Below are positions 17,987-27,060 of a stretch of DNA of 28,261 bases, one piece after another. The notes beneath the pieces are model-generated. The model saw only the letters and a program-made list of their open reading frames with translations. It did not search any database and had not been told where the DNA came from. The first letter of the stretch is position 1. Each line of letters begins with the position of its first letter. Source of the DNA: Dehalococcoidia bacterium (GTDB lineage Bacteria > Chloroflexota > Dehalococcoidia > E44-bin15); contig DAOUVR010000001.1 in the NCBI GenBank assembly GCA_030667555.1, positions 1 to 28,261 of the forward strand, in the 5' to 3' direction. The translations under genes were made by a program, and so were the position numbers.

Positions 17987-19246
17987 TTGAAAGAGCTAAC
18001 AGAAGCTGTGGTTGTAGAGGCGGTTCGACTACCCACCGGGAGGTCGGGTTGGAAGGGGATGGAGAAGGCCGGGGCCTACATGAACGTTTCGTCGCAGGTG
18101 CTGATCGCCCAGGTGATCGAGGGTCTGATGGCGCGGGTGAAGGAGAAATGCCCCGAATTTGACCCCGTATGGATCGAGGATGTAGCCTGCGGGTGCTCGA
18201 TGCAAATCGGCGAGCAAGGCGGGAATATAGGCAGGTTTGCCGTGCTGGCATCGGGGCTTCCGGACGAGGTCTGCGGCTGGACCATCGACCGCTACTGCAA
18301 TGGAGGGCTTCAGGCGATCAACTCTCAGGCACAGGCGATCATGACAGGTTGTGGCGACATCTTCATTGCCTGCGGGGTGGAGAACATGAGCCACTACGCC
18401 ATGGGCTCCCAGGTCCAGGCGGCGATAAAGGCCGGGCTCCCCGTTTCCTTCCACCCCGAGGTTGCGAAGAGAGGAGGGGCTGAGATTCTAAGCATGGGTC
18501 TCTCCGCTGAGACGATTGCTCAAAGGTATGACTACTCGCGCGAGGATATGGACAGGTTAGGGCTGTGGAGCCATCAGAAGGCGGTGAAGGCGATGAGGGA
18601 GGAGGAGTGGTACAGGAAGAAAATCGTGCCCGCCAAAGTAGAGGAGGAGGGCCAGTCACCGGTAATCGTCGATAAGGATGAGACTCCCAGGGCTGAGGCA
18701 CTGGATAACCCTGATGCTGCGTGGGAGAGGATGCAGAAGCTTGAACCGAGGTTCAAGAAGGCGGAAGAGGGAGGGAAGGTAACCGCCGGGAGTTCGTCGG
18801 GCATTGTCGATTGTGCGGCAGCCTGCATGCTGATGTCCAAGGAGAAGGCGAAGGAGTTGGGACTTGAGCCCATGGTGACCATAAGGTCGATGGCGGTGGC
18901 TGGTGGCGAGCCAAAGATACAGCTTCTCGCCCCAATACCGGCGATGAAGAAGGCACTCGCTCGTGCTGGGGTCACGATGGATGATATGGAAGTTTTTGAG
19001 CCCAATGAGGCCTTTGCATCACCGGTCATGGCCTTCTGTGACGAGTTCGGCATAGCCTATGACGACCCGCGAATAAACCCTACAGGTGGAGCGATAGCCA
19101 TCGGGCATCCAATAGGCTGTTCTGGCGTCCTCTACTTCATCGAGATGGTTCACTGGATGGTGCGCAACAACCTCAGGTGGGGTATGCAGACGTTGTGCGG
19201 TGGTGCGGGATGTGGCATCGCCACCGTAGTGGAGAGGGAGAAATAA
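17987..19246 (+). CDS. Acetyl-CoA C-acyltransferase (thiolase)
   Basis: DRYCNGGLQA (Cys), GVENMS, NEAFA, GGAIAIGHPIG (His), TLCGGAG (Cys). TTG start with AAGGAGG RBS. Confidence 0.94.
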   Translation: MKELTEAVVVEAVRLPTGRSGWKGMEKAGAYMNVSSQVLIAQVIEGLMARVKEKCPEFDPVWIEDVACGCSMQIGEQGGNIGRFAVLASGLPDEVCGWTIDRYCNGGLQAINSQAQAIMTGCGDIFIACGVENMSHYAMGSQVQAAIKAGLPVSFHPEVAKRGGAEILSMGLSAETIAQRYDYSREDMDRLGLWSHQKAVKAMREEEWYRKKIVPAKVEEEGQSPVIVDKDETPRAEALDNPDAAWERMQKLEPRFKKAEEGGKVTAGSSSGIVDCAAACMLMSKEKAKELGLEPMVTIRSMAVAGGEPKIQLLAPIPAMKKALARAGVTMDDMEVFEPNEAFASPVMAFCDEFGIAYDDPRINPTGGAIAIGHPIGCSGVLYFIEMVHWMVRNNLRWGMQTLCGGAGCGIATVVEREK

Positions 19247-19297
19247 GGTTAAACAGGAAAGCTCCCCAAGGATTCGTGTGGTAACGAAATTAAAAAT

Positions 19298-19344
19298 GCG
19301 AGAGCAGCACCCATTCCTATAGCGGGTTTGGAAGCTGCTTTCGC
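19298..19344. terminator. Hairpin between convergent genes, probable terminator
   Basis: 11-bp stem gcgagagcagc/gctgctttcgc, followed by ATTTTT on the minus strand. Confidence 0.5.
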
Positions 19345-19347
19345 TAT

Positions 19348-21351
19348 TTAGCGGTCAATTTCAGCGATTACTGGTAGATGGTCGGAGGCAGTGCTCACCG
19401 GCACGTGAGCACCGCTCGCCGTCAGGTCGGGAGAGACCCATATATAATCGATACGTCTGTCGGGATCGAAAGAGGGAAAAGTATATTCTGGAGGGTCTAC
19501 TCCTGCCATGGCGTCTATAAGGCCAGCGACCTGCAACATCTCCATCTCAAAGTGACCGGGTTCCGCGTTCAGGTCTCCCATTAGCACAGTACGCACTTCA
19601 CCCTCCCAGAAGGCAATGATGCTATCGGATTGCTTCTGGCGAATACTTGAGTCTCCCTCGATGTGATGATAGTGGGTGTCAATAACCTGGAGGCTATAGC
19701 CGTTGCCCAGTTCTATCAGTGCCGCAGTGAAGCCCCGCAATACGAATAGATCGCGCGGTGGCAGATCATGCTGGGTATATCTTACGATAGGGTAGCGGCT
19801 GAGGATTGCATTTCCCCAGAAGGGGTCTGCTGTAGGTCCAAAAATATATGGCAGGTCGAGCCGCTGCGATAGCCATGTCAGCATATCGAGTCTGCCAGTG
19901 ACTACCCAGCCCCTGGATATTTCTTGCAGCGCTACGATATCGGGATCGCTGTCCTCGATGACCTGTGCCAGGGCCTCCATATCCAGACGCCCCTCAGTGT
20001 TGAAGCCGTTATGCAGATTATAGGTCATTACGCGAACCGGAAAGCCTTCACCGTAGACCGCAGTCGGCGCTCGCCAGGTGACAGCCCCTACCAGCGGTAG
20101 TATCAGCAGGAGTAGCGCCAGCGCTGGTGCCAGCCATACCCTGCGGGGGAGCCTTATCCTCTGGCGCAGGCCTGTAGATGCACCTAAGGCGCAGGCTGCC
20201 ACAACGAAAGCTGCTAAGGGCTCTATGATGGTGTTTGTATAAGGAAGATTCATGTCATAGCCCGCATAGTAGCCGAAAAGAAATAGCAGCAAAAGGAACA
20301 TACCCAGACCATTGGCCACATTGATGCTAGAAAAGCCCGCTTCCGGGGCGCTCTCTCCAATACCAATGAAAACCAGAACGATTAGCAGCGATAACAGTAC
20401 TTGTCCGACCAGGAACAGTACGGCTGCTGGCACCTCGACTTGAGTGTACTGCAACGCCAGAATGACAACCAGACCAAGGCCGCAGATCAGGGCCAGGGGC
20501 CATGAGGTTCGCGGTCTCCAACGTAGTACCCATACTGCGGCGATTAGACCAACTAGTTGCCCTATCAGTATCCAACCGAAGGCCCGAGGTAGTTGCCAAT
20601 CGGTTAGCACTGCCAGACGGGCTATGTTCTGGAAAATTACCAACTGAAGGAACAGGAAGGGTCCGATAGCCAACCAGGTAAACGACTTTCCCCTTGGCAC
20701 TCCGTAAGCTGTGGTATCGGGCGTCCCGGCAGCATATACATTCCTCGTAAGCGTCATACCTGCCAATATTATCCATTGAACTAGTACCAGGAACAACGTC
20801 AACAGCAAGGGCAGTAAACCTGCCTGCCAGACTATATCATAGGTATTAAAGGCGCCGTGAATGGCGGTATCCAACATCAGACCCACTAATAGTGCCATGG
20901 CAAGGTGGCCCATGCTTCGGCGGCCACGGCTACGTAAATTGCGCAGGTAAGGCGGTAGGAAAAGAACGAACAGCGCCGTTGCCACCATTGCCAGGATTAA
21001 ATGGACCAATGGCGCACCCGGGCAAATCTGCATGACTAATCGCAATAGACCTAGTCCGCCGGCGGTGACAACCACTACCAGGCGGTTGCCCAGCAAGCGG
21101 CGGAGCGGCCCTGCCAGGAAAGCGGTAAGGAATACGATAGTGATAAGTCCGCCAGCCTCTATTGCGCCCAGGCCCATTCGGTCGCCCAGCAGCCAGACAA
21201 CACCAGGCACCAGCACCCTCAGCACCTGGAGCCCGAAAAGAACCGTTAGCGCTAGAAGACTTAGCTCAGTCAACAGGGGTCGGTCTGCCAGCCATCCGAT
21301 GCCGGGCAATAACCTGTTTGTTTTACTTGCAGTCTCAGCTTCATCGTTCAT
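19348..21351 (-). CDS. Multi-TM membrane protein with a C-terminal endonuclease/exonuclease/phosphatase (EEP) domain (CWH43/PGAP2-interacting-like architecture)
   Basis: About 430 aa of hydrophobic helices, then TYNLHNG, ALQE, GNAILSRYP, GDLNA, RIDYIW and SDHLPV. Confidence 0.85.
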   Translation of the reverse strand: MNDEAETASKTNRLLPGIGWLADRPLLTELSLLALTVLFGLQVLRVLVPGVVWLLGDRMGLGAIEAGGLITIVFLTAFLAGPLRRLLGNRLVVVVTAGGLGLLRLVMQICPGAPLVHLILAMVATALFVLFLPPYLRNLRSRGRRSMGHLAMALLVGLMLDTAIHGAFNTYDIVWQAGLLPLLLTLFLVLVQWIILAGMTLTRNVYAAGTPDTTAYGVPRGKSFTWLAIGPFLFLQLVIFQNIARLAVLTDWQLPRAFGWILIGQLVGLIAAVWVLRWRPRTSWPLALICGLGLVVILALQYTQVEVPAAVLFLVGQVLLSLLIVLVFIGIGESAPEAGFSSINVANGLGMFLLLLFLFGYYAGYDMNLPYTNTIIEPLAAFVVAACALGASTGLRQRIRLPRRVWLAPALALLLLILPLVGAVTWRAPTAVYGEGFPVRVMTYNLHNGFNTEGRLDMEALAQVIEDSDPDIVALQEISRGWVVTGRLDMLTWLSQRLDLPYIFGPTADPFWGNAILSRYPIVRYTQHDLPPRDLFVLRGFTAALIELGNGYSLQVIDTHYHHIEGDSSIRQKQSDSIIAFWEGEVRTVLMGDLNAEPGHFEMEMLQVAGLIDAMAGVDPPEYTFPSFDPDRRIDYIWVSPDLTASGAHVPVSTASDHLPVIAEIDR

Positions 21352-21603
21352 TGTCGTACCTTGCCGAGCATAGTTTCTTGACTTGATGATAAATGCATTG
21401 TCTGTGGTTAACGTGCACTGTAGCAGACTGTATCTGCTGGGTCAATGCTGGGAAGGCCAAGAGGCCGAAATCCACAGAAGATTTTCTTGCCAGCCTGCAA
21501 ACAAATGGCTTGTCGTCTTCAACAGTTATAAACGGAACTGCAAGATGTTATAATACCGTGAAGTACGCTATAAGCCCAGTCAGGCGGATAGGGAGAGAGC
21601 ATA

Positions 21604-22005
21604 ATGAATTATTTTGCCTATGCCTCTAATCTAAATCGTAGTCAGATGTCGGAACGCTGCCCTGATTGTCAGCCCAAATTCATAGCTACCTTGCCAAATC
21701 ATAAGCTGATATTTGCTGGGTGGTCAAGAAAGCGGCATGGTGCAACTGCCAGCATCAGGCCATTTCAAGGCGAGAAAGTTATCGGGGCTGTTTATGAAAT
21801 ATCAGACAGATGCTTGAGGTCGCTGGATAAGCATGAGGGCTACCCTACTATTTATAATCGGGTGAATAAGATGGTGATAACAGAGGATGGTGAGCGTGTG
21901 GAAGTCATAACCTACATTATGCGGGAGCAATCAGAGGAGACACAGCCTTCACTGGAATACGTGGCGGTGATTCAACAGGGTTACAAAGACTGGGGGATTG
22001 ATTAA
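21604..22005 (+). CDS. Gamma-glutamylcyclotransferase (GGCT/AIG2-like) family protein
   Basis: YFAYASNL..QM..RCP, G.VYEI, LDKHEGYP..Y, PS.EY...I..GY. Extended -10 TGTTATAAT at 21546-21554. Confidence 0.88.
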   Translation: MNYFAYASNLNRSQMSERCPDCQPKFIATLPNHKLIFAGWSRKRHGATASIRPFQGEKVIGAVYEISDRCLRSLDKHEGYPTIYNRVNKMVITEDGERVEVITYIMREQSEETQPSLEYVAVIQQGYKDWGID

Positions 22006-22038
22006 ACCAGGTGGATTTGGAAAGGGAGAAGGAAAAGA

Positions 22039-22380
22039 ATGCAAGTGAAAAAGACATACAAGAACATTAACCCGGAGATGCTTTATGACGAGGTGCAAGA
22101 CCTTATCCTGAAGCAGGGCGCAATATTAGGGGAAAGAAAACTGGAAACATACTCGCTTCCCGGTGGGTCAGCGCACGTTTCCCGGGCGACTCTTACATTC
22201 AAAATGCAGGGACGGGAAGGCAAATCCGAAAGGGATTGCATCAGCATACATATCATAGGGTCAGCGGTCGGCGAAACAAAAATGATGCTAGATATGGATG
22301 AGAAGGTGTTTCGTCCCGCCAATGTCTCGGTGTTGGAGGAGGACCTCGACTTTATCTTTGGCTCCTACGAGATAAAGTAA
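22039..22380 (+). CDS. Hypothetical protein (113 aa)
   Basis: Clean ORF with a purine-rich RBS (GGAGAAGG), co-oriented behind GGCT. No family recognised. Confidence 0.7.
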   Translation: MQVKKTYKNINPEMLYDEVQDLILKQGAILGERKLETYSLPGGSAHVSRATLTFKMQGREGKSERDCISIHIIGSAVGETKMMLDMDEKVFRPANVSVLEEDLDFIFGSYEIK

Positions 22381-22500
22381 TTAGTAACCAGTGGTTGTAT
22401 TCATGACAAGCTGGGTAAAGCTTGTCGGTAAGCCCTTCATCATATTGTGCCAGCGCTACTGGCGACGCGCAGAACGAAGCTTTGAGGAGGTGAATCTCGC

Positions 22501-23682
22501 ATGAAGTTCGAAGGTGTAGATTACTATAATGTCGATGAGTTGCTTTCCGATGAAGAGAAGATGACCAGAAACATGGTGAGGGATTTCCTGGAAAAAGAGA
22601 TTGAGCCGCTTGTTGTTAGCGCCTTCCACCAGGAGGAGCCGTTGAATATGCGGGAACTGGCTCCGAAGATGGGGGAGCTAGGCATAATTGGCGCTGTTAT
22701 TCCCAAAGAATATGGGGCCGCTGGAGCCAACTATGTGACGTTTGGGCTTATATGCCAGGAGTTGGAAAGGGTGGACAGCTCTCTTAGAAGTTTTGTCGGT
22801 GTTGAATCAGGGTTAGTGATGTATCCCATATGGAGTTTTGGGTCCGAGGAGCAGAAGAATAAGTGGCTGCCATTGATCTCCAAAGGAAAAGTCATAGGGT
22901 GCTTTGGATTAACGGAGCCAAACCGAGGCTCGGACGTAGCATCAATGGAAACCGTGGCTAAAAAGGATGGCGACAAATGGGTTATCAATGGAACAAAACA
23001 GTGGATAAGCGAGGCGTCAGTCGCCGACATCGCTGTGGTTTGGGCACGGACCGATGATGGAGTAAGAGGGTTTCTGGTGGAACGAGGCACGGAAGGATTT
23101 AGCCAAACCTTTCAGAATCACAAGGGCTCAATGAGGGCCGGCGATGTTGGCGAACTGGGGTTTTCTGACTGCGCGATACCCGCTGAGAATGTTCTCCCAA
23201 AAACAGACGGGGCAAGGTCCACCTTTATGTGTCTAAACCAGGCACGATATGCAATAGCATGCGGGGCGATTGGGGCTGCCATGGATTGCTATGAGACCGC
23301 CTTGAACTACGCTAAGGAAAGGGAGCAGTTTGGGTCGCCCAGTGCATCCTACCAACTGGTACAGGATAAACTTGTGACAATGTTGATAGAGATTACGAAA
23401 GGGCAACTCTTAGCCTACAGGTTGGGCAGGCTTATGGATGAGGGTAAAGCCAGACACCAGCAGATTTCTATGGCCAAGAAGAACAATGTTTCTGTTGCCC
23501 GCATGTGTGCCAGGACAGCGCGTGAACTGCTTGGGGCAAATGGGGTATCTCTAGATTATTCTCCGATGAGACACATGGCGAATATTGAGTCAGTGTATAC
23601 GTATCAGGGCACCGATCATATACATACACTCATTCTGGGGTCTGATATTACTGGCATCCCAGCATTCACCAGGACGCAATGA
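22501..23682 (+). CDS. Acyl-CoA dehydrogenase, glutaryl-CoA dehydrogenase-like, with the catalytic Glu replaced by Gln
   Basis: ELERVDSSLRS, GCFGLTEPNRGSD, NGTKQWI, LNQARYAIA, YAKEREQFG, LLGANG, MRHMANIESVYTYQGT. RBS GAGGAGG. Confidence 0.88.
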   Translation: MKFEGVDYYNVDELLSDEEKMTRNMVRDFLEKEIEPLVVSAFHQEEPLNMRELAPKMGELGIIGAVIPKEYGAAGANYVTFGLICQELERVDSSLRSFVGVESGLVMYPIWSFGSEEQKNKWLPLISKGKVIGCFGLTEPNRGSDVASMETVAKKDGDKWVINGTKQWISEASVADIAVVWARTDDGVRGFLVERGTEGFSQTFQNHKGSMRAGDVGELGFSDCAIPAENVLPKTDGARSTFMCLNQARYAIACGAIGAAMDCYETALNYAKEREQFGSPSASYQLVQDKLVTMLIEITKGQLLAYRLGRLMDEGKARHQQISMAKKNNVSVARMCARTARELLGANGVSLDYSPMRHMANIESVYTYQGTDHIHTLILGSDITGIPAFTRTQ

Positions 23683-23789
23683 TGCAGCCGGTGCCCCTCT
23701 GCGTGATTGGTGGTGGCTTGCCGCCTCAGAAAGTATTTGAACTGCAATTTATGTCTACCAACAAGTCAGGGAAATATATGTCCTTTTTC

Positions 23790-23871
23790 CCGTTCGTGGT
23801 GAGCTTGTCGAACCATGAACGGCCCTTCGGTTAACTCAGGACAGGCCCTTCGACAGGCTCAGGGCGAACGG
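23790..23871. repeat. REP-like long palindromic element between convergent genes
   Basis: ccgttcgtggtgagcttgtcgaa pairs with ttcgacaggctcagggcgaacgg (21 of 23 positions, counting G-U). Internal partial copy cccttcggttaactcagg. Right arm is repeated at 10481-10507. Confidence 0.75.
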
Positions 23872-23909
23872 ATTATAAAATATGTTTCTAAGCTAAGATG
23901 GGAATTACC

Positions 23910-25085
23910 TTAGATTATGCCCTCGTCGGCAAGTTTGCCTATTTCCTGATCGCTGTACCCTAGAAGGCCGCAATATATCTCCTGATTGTGCTCGCCCAGG
24001 AAGGGGGCGGGAGTTGTTGCGTTACCCGGCGTTTTCGACAATTTGAGAGGGGAGCCAGGCACCTTAACCTTGCCCGAAATAACCTGTTCTACTTCAATTA
24101 GCATGTCGCGACTTAGTAGATGAGCGTCATCGACCACTTGCTCGAATGTTGGAACCGCGGAGCACGGCAGATGAGCATCGCTGAGCATGCTAACGATTTC
24201 CTCGACACTTCTTGCGCTGGTCCATCCCTCTATGATGGGCTGGAGTTCATCGACATGCTGGGCCCGCTGGTTCCACGAACCGTACTTTTCTAAGCCAATC
24301 AAGTCCTCTCGTTCTATGACGCGCAGGAAGTTGTTCCATTGACCAACGTTGCCGACGGCTATGATTATATGTCCATCCTTGGCGCGGTACACCTGGCCCC
24401 TATTTCCATGTCTGCGGGGGACCTCGCCTGCCATAAAGTACTGAGGCAGACCTGTGACAGCGGTGGTAGCCCATACTGAATCTTGCATCGATATATCGAT
24501 GTATTGGCCTTCACCTGTATTCGACCGGTAGTGCAACGCAGCTAGAATAGAAATGGCGGAATAGAGGCCAGGGAAATAGTCCCCCAGCGGCATACCCGTT
24601 AAGAGCGGGTCGCCACCTTCTACTCCGGTGACACTCATAAGCCCTCCCATGGCCTGGGCGATGGGGTCGTATGACGGACGGGCGCTGTATGGGCCGGTAT
24701 GTCCAAACCCTGACACGGAAGCGTATATCAATCCGGGGTTTACCTTCTTCAGTTCTTCGTAGCTAAGGCCTAGCCTTTCCATTACCCTAGGGCTGAAGTT
24801 CTCGACCACCACATCCACCTTTTTCACCAACTCTTTACAGATCTCCTGCCCCCTCTTAGTTGATATGTTCAAGGTGATGCTTTTCTTACCTCGATTCAGG
24901 ATGATGAATATGCCGCCCTCACCTCCCTCGGTACGCGGAGGGTCATATCTTATCGCATCGCCGCCTCCGGGTATCTCAACTTTGATGACCTCCGCACCGA
25001 GGTCTGCTAGCTGCAGCGTGCAAAAAGGGCCGGCAAACACCCTGGTGAAATCCAATACCTTTACATCTTCAAGCGCTTTCGACAA
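23910..25085 (-). CDS. Family III CoA-transferase (CaiB/BaiF), copy A
   Basis: VLDFTRVFAGPFCT.LADLGAEVIKVE, NRGKKSITLN, VVENFSP, GFGHTGPY, PLGD (catalytic Asp), GEGQYIDISM, PAPFLGEHN. TTG start with GGAGG. Confidence 0.94.
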   Translation of the reverse strand: MSKALEDVKVLDFTRVFAGPFCTLQLADLGAEVIKVEIPGGGDAIRYDPPRTEGGEGGIFIILNRGKKSITLNISTKRGQEICKELVKKVDVVVENFSPRVMERLGLSYEELKKVNPGLIYASVSGFGHTGPYSARPSYDPIAQAMGGLMSVTGVEGGDPLLTGMPLGDYFPGLYSAISILAALHYRSNTGEGQYIDISMQDSVWATTAVTGLPQYFMAGEVPRRHGNRGQVYRAKDGHIIIAVGNVGQWNNFLRVIEREDLIGLEKYGSWNQRAQHVDELQPIIEGWTSARSVEEIVSMLSDAHLPCSAVPTFEQVVDDAHLLSRDMLIEVEQVISGKVKVPGSPLKLSKTPGNATTPAPFLGEHNQEIYCGLLGYSDQEIGKLADEGII

Positions 25086-25273
25086 CTATATCTCCTCCAT
25101 TGAATTTGCTAAGAATGAATCTATTGTAGTATACCACAGCCCAGTTTTACTAAAGGGCTTGTTTGATACGCGTGCAGTTGAAGCCGCTTTGTAGGGATAT
25201 CATGTGAGTTCTAGCTGTTGAAAGGCTGTTGAGGTTCTACCGGATGCCGGGCAGCAGCCGATAGGATCAAAAT

Positions 25274-25348
25274 TGGCTCCCCGGGAAGGATTCGAACCTA
25301 CAACCTAGCGGTTAACAGCCGCCCGCTCTACCATTGAGCTACCGGGGA
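25274..25348 (-). tRNA. tRNA-Asn (GTT)
   Basis: TCCCCGG acceptor, GCGG-CTGTTAA-CCGC anticodon arm, GGTTCGAATCC, encoded CCA. Confidence 0.95.
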
Positions 25349-25393
25349 ACCTATTGTTCATAATGATGTCATGAGAAGACGCTGGTTGCCTTA

Positions 25394-26581
25394 TTATATT
25401 ATACCATCATCGGCTAGTTGCCTTATTTCTTGCTCACTATACCCCAGGACATCGCAGTATATCTCGTGGTTATGCTGGCCAAGGAAAGGAGCGGGGAGTG
25501 TCGGGTCACCTGGCGTTTTTGACAATTTAAAGGGAGAGCCAGTCACCTTGACTTTACCCGAGATAACCTGGTCCACTTCGGCCACCATGTTTCGACTCAG
25601 AAGTTGAGGGTCATTGGCCACCTGTTCAAATGGAGGAACCGGTGACGCTGGCAAGTGAGCATCGCTGAGCAGCTTAACTATCTCTTCTATAGTCCTTTCT
25701 CCAGTCCATGCCTCCACCAGGGCACTTATTTCCCCCGAAACTTCCGTTCGCTTTGTTCGGTCTACATACTTTTCAATCTCTAACAAGTCCTCTTTCCCCA
25801 TAACCCGCATTAGGTTTTCCCATTGTCCAATGGTGACAACGTTTATCACCACATCGCCATCCTTGGCGGGAAAAACACCAAAGGTACCAAAGTAGCGATT
25901 GCCATTTCTCTGCGGAATCTGGCCGGTCCCATAGTACACGGCGGCCGCCCCCGCGCCGGCAACATCCCATGTGCAGTCCTGCATCGATATGTCGATGTAT
26001 TGGCCTTCGCCCGTTATCGACCTGTATTGCAACGCAGCTAGAATAGAGATTGTATTATAGAGGCCAGCGAGCATATCCGATACTGCCACCCCAACCATAG
26101 TAGGCGGGCCGTCAGGAAATCCATTTTGGATCATCAGCCCTCCCATGGCTTGAGCTATTGTATCGTATGCTGGTCGTGCACTGTAAGGACCGGTGTGCCC
26201 GAACCCTGACGACGAAGCATATATCAATCCAGGGTTAATCCTGCTGAGTTCTTCATAACCAAGGCCAAGCCTGTCCATTACCCCGGGGCTAAAATTTTCG
26301 ACTACAACATTCACCTTTTCAACCAACTGTTTGCATATCTCCCGACCCTTCTCAGCGGCTAGATTCAAGGTGATGCTTTTCTTGCCACGATTCACGCTGA
26401 TGAACATATAGCTCTCCCCGCCCTCTGTCTGGGGATCGTTCGTTCTCGATGCATCTCCCTCCCCGGGTATCTCGATTTTGATTACTTCCGCTCCCAGTTG
26501 CGCTAATTTGAATGTGCAAAAAGGGCCGGCCAGGGCCCTGGTGAAATCCAATACCTTGATATGCTGCAGTGCTGTAGCCAA
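25394..26581 (-). CDS. Family III CoA-transferase (CaiB/BaiF), copy B
   Basis: Same motifs as copy A, with VSD carrying the catalytic Asp. TTG start with GGAGG. Confidence 0.94.
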   Translation of the reverse strand: MATALQHIKVLDFTRALAGPFCTFKLAQLGAEVIKIEIPGEGDASRTNDPQTEGGESYMFISVNRGKKSITLNLAAEKGREICKQLVEKVNVVVENFSPGVMDRLGLGYEELSRINPGLIYASSSGFGHTGPYSARPAYDTIAQAMGGLMIQNGFPDGPPTMVGVAVSDMLAGLYNTISILAALQYRSITGEGQYIDISMQDCTWDVAGAGAAAVYYGTGQIPQRNGNRYFGTFGVFPAKDGDVVINVVTIGQWENLMRVMGKEDLLEIEKYVDRTKRTEVSGEISALVEAWTGERTIEEIVKLLSDAHLPASPVPPFEQVANDPQLLSRNMVAEVDQVISGKVKVTGSPFKLSKTPGDPTLPAPFLGQHNHEIYCDVLGYSEQEIRQLADDGII

Positions 26582-26611
26582 GTCACCTCCTATTGCTGTA
26601 TATTCTACAGA

Positions 26612-26685
26612 TGGCTGCCGAGCCAGGATTCGAACCTGGGCTTAGGGATCCAAAGTCCCCCGTGCTACCGCTACACAACTCGGCA
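26612..26685 (-). tRNA. tRNA-Gln (TTG)
   Basis: TGCCGAG acceptor, GGGGA-CTTTGGA-TCCC anticodon arm, GGTTCGAATCC, encoded CCA. Confidence 0.94.
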
Positions 26686-26774
26686 ATTTCTTGCCATTTT
26701 GCGTCCTAATTTCTCTTTGGACTTAACGCTTTTCAGTGTTGAGGAACAGCTATAGATGCCAGCGCTCGAAACAG

Positions 26775-26860
26775 TGCCGAAGGTCGGGATCGAACCGACA
26801 CGGGAGTCGCCCCCCAACGGTTTTTGAGACCGTCGCGTCTACCTATTCCGCCACTCCGGC
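26775..26860 (-). tRNA. tRNA-Leu (CAA)
   Basis: GCCGGAG acceptor, GGTAGACGC D arm, ACGGT-CTCAAAA-ACCGT, long variable arm, GGTTCGATCC. CCA not encoded. Confidence 0.94.
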
Positions 26861-26905
26861 CTTTTTATCTACGTCACGCCTCTCAAAGAGTTGTTGGTTG
26901 CTTCT

Positions 26906-26981
<76 letters not shown>

Positions 26982-26989
26982 CCAGAAGT

Positions 26990-27019
26990 ATTTTATGTTC
27001 TCGCCTATTATGATGTCAA
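26990..27019 (-). promoter_or_regulatory. sigma70-type promoter for the tRNA-Phe/Leu/Gln cluster
   Basis: Minus strand TTGACA-18 nt-TAAAAT just upstream of tRNA-Phe. Confidence 0.55.
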
Positions 27020-27060
27020 CAATGAGGGAAAGGCAAGGCGAACTGTGGTATAATTTCAGC

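Noticed and set aside
19348-21351. EEP membrane protein as the missing type III effector or ring nuclease
   Set aside because: No CARF/SAVED-like sensor is recognisable, it is separated from cas10 by unrelated genes, and the architecture matches a common membrane phosphodiesterase family.
21405-21500. Cobalamin riboswitch (ACTGTA and CTGGGAAGGC words)
   Set aside because: The conserved 5' core (GGGAA..CGGTG..AATCCG..CCCCCGC) and the AGCCAGAAGACCTGCC end are absent.
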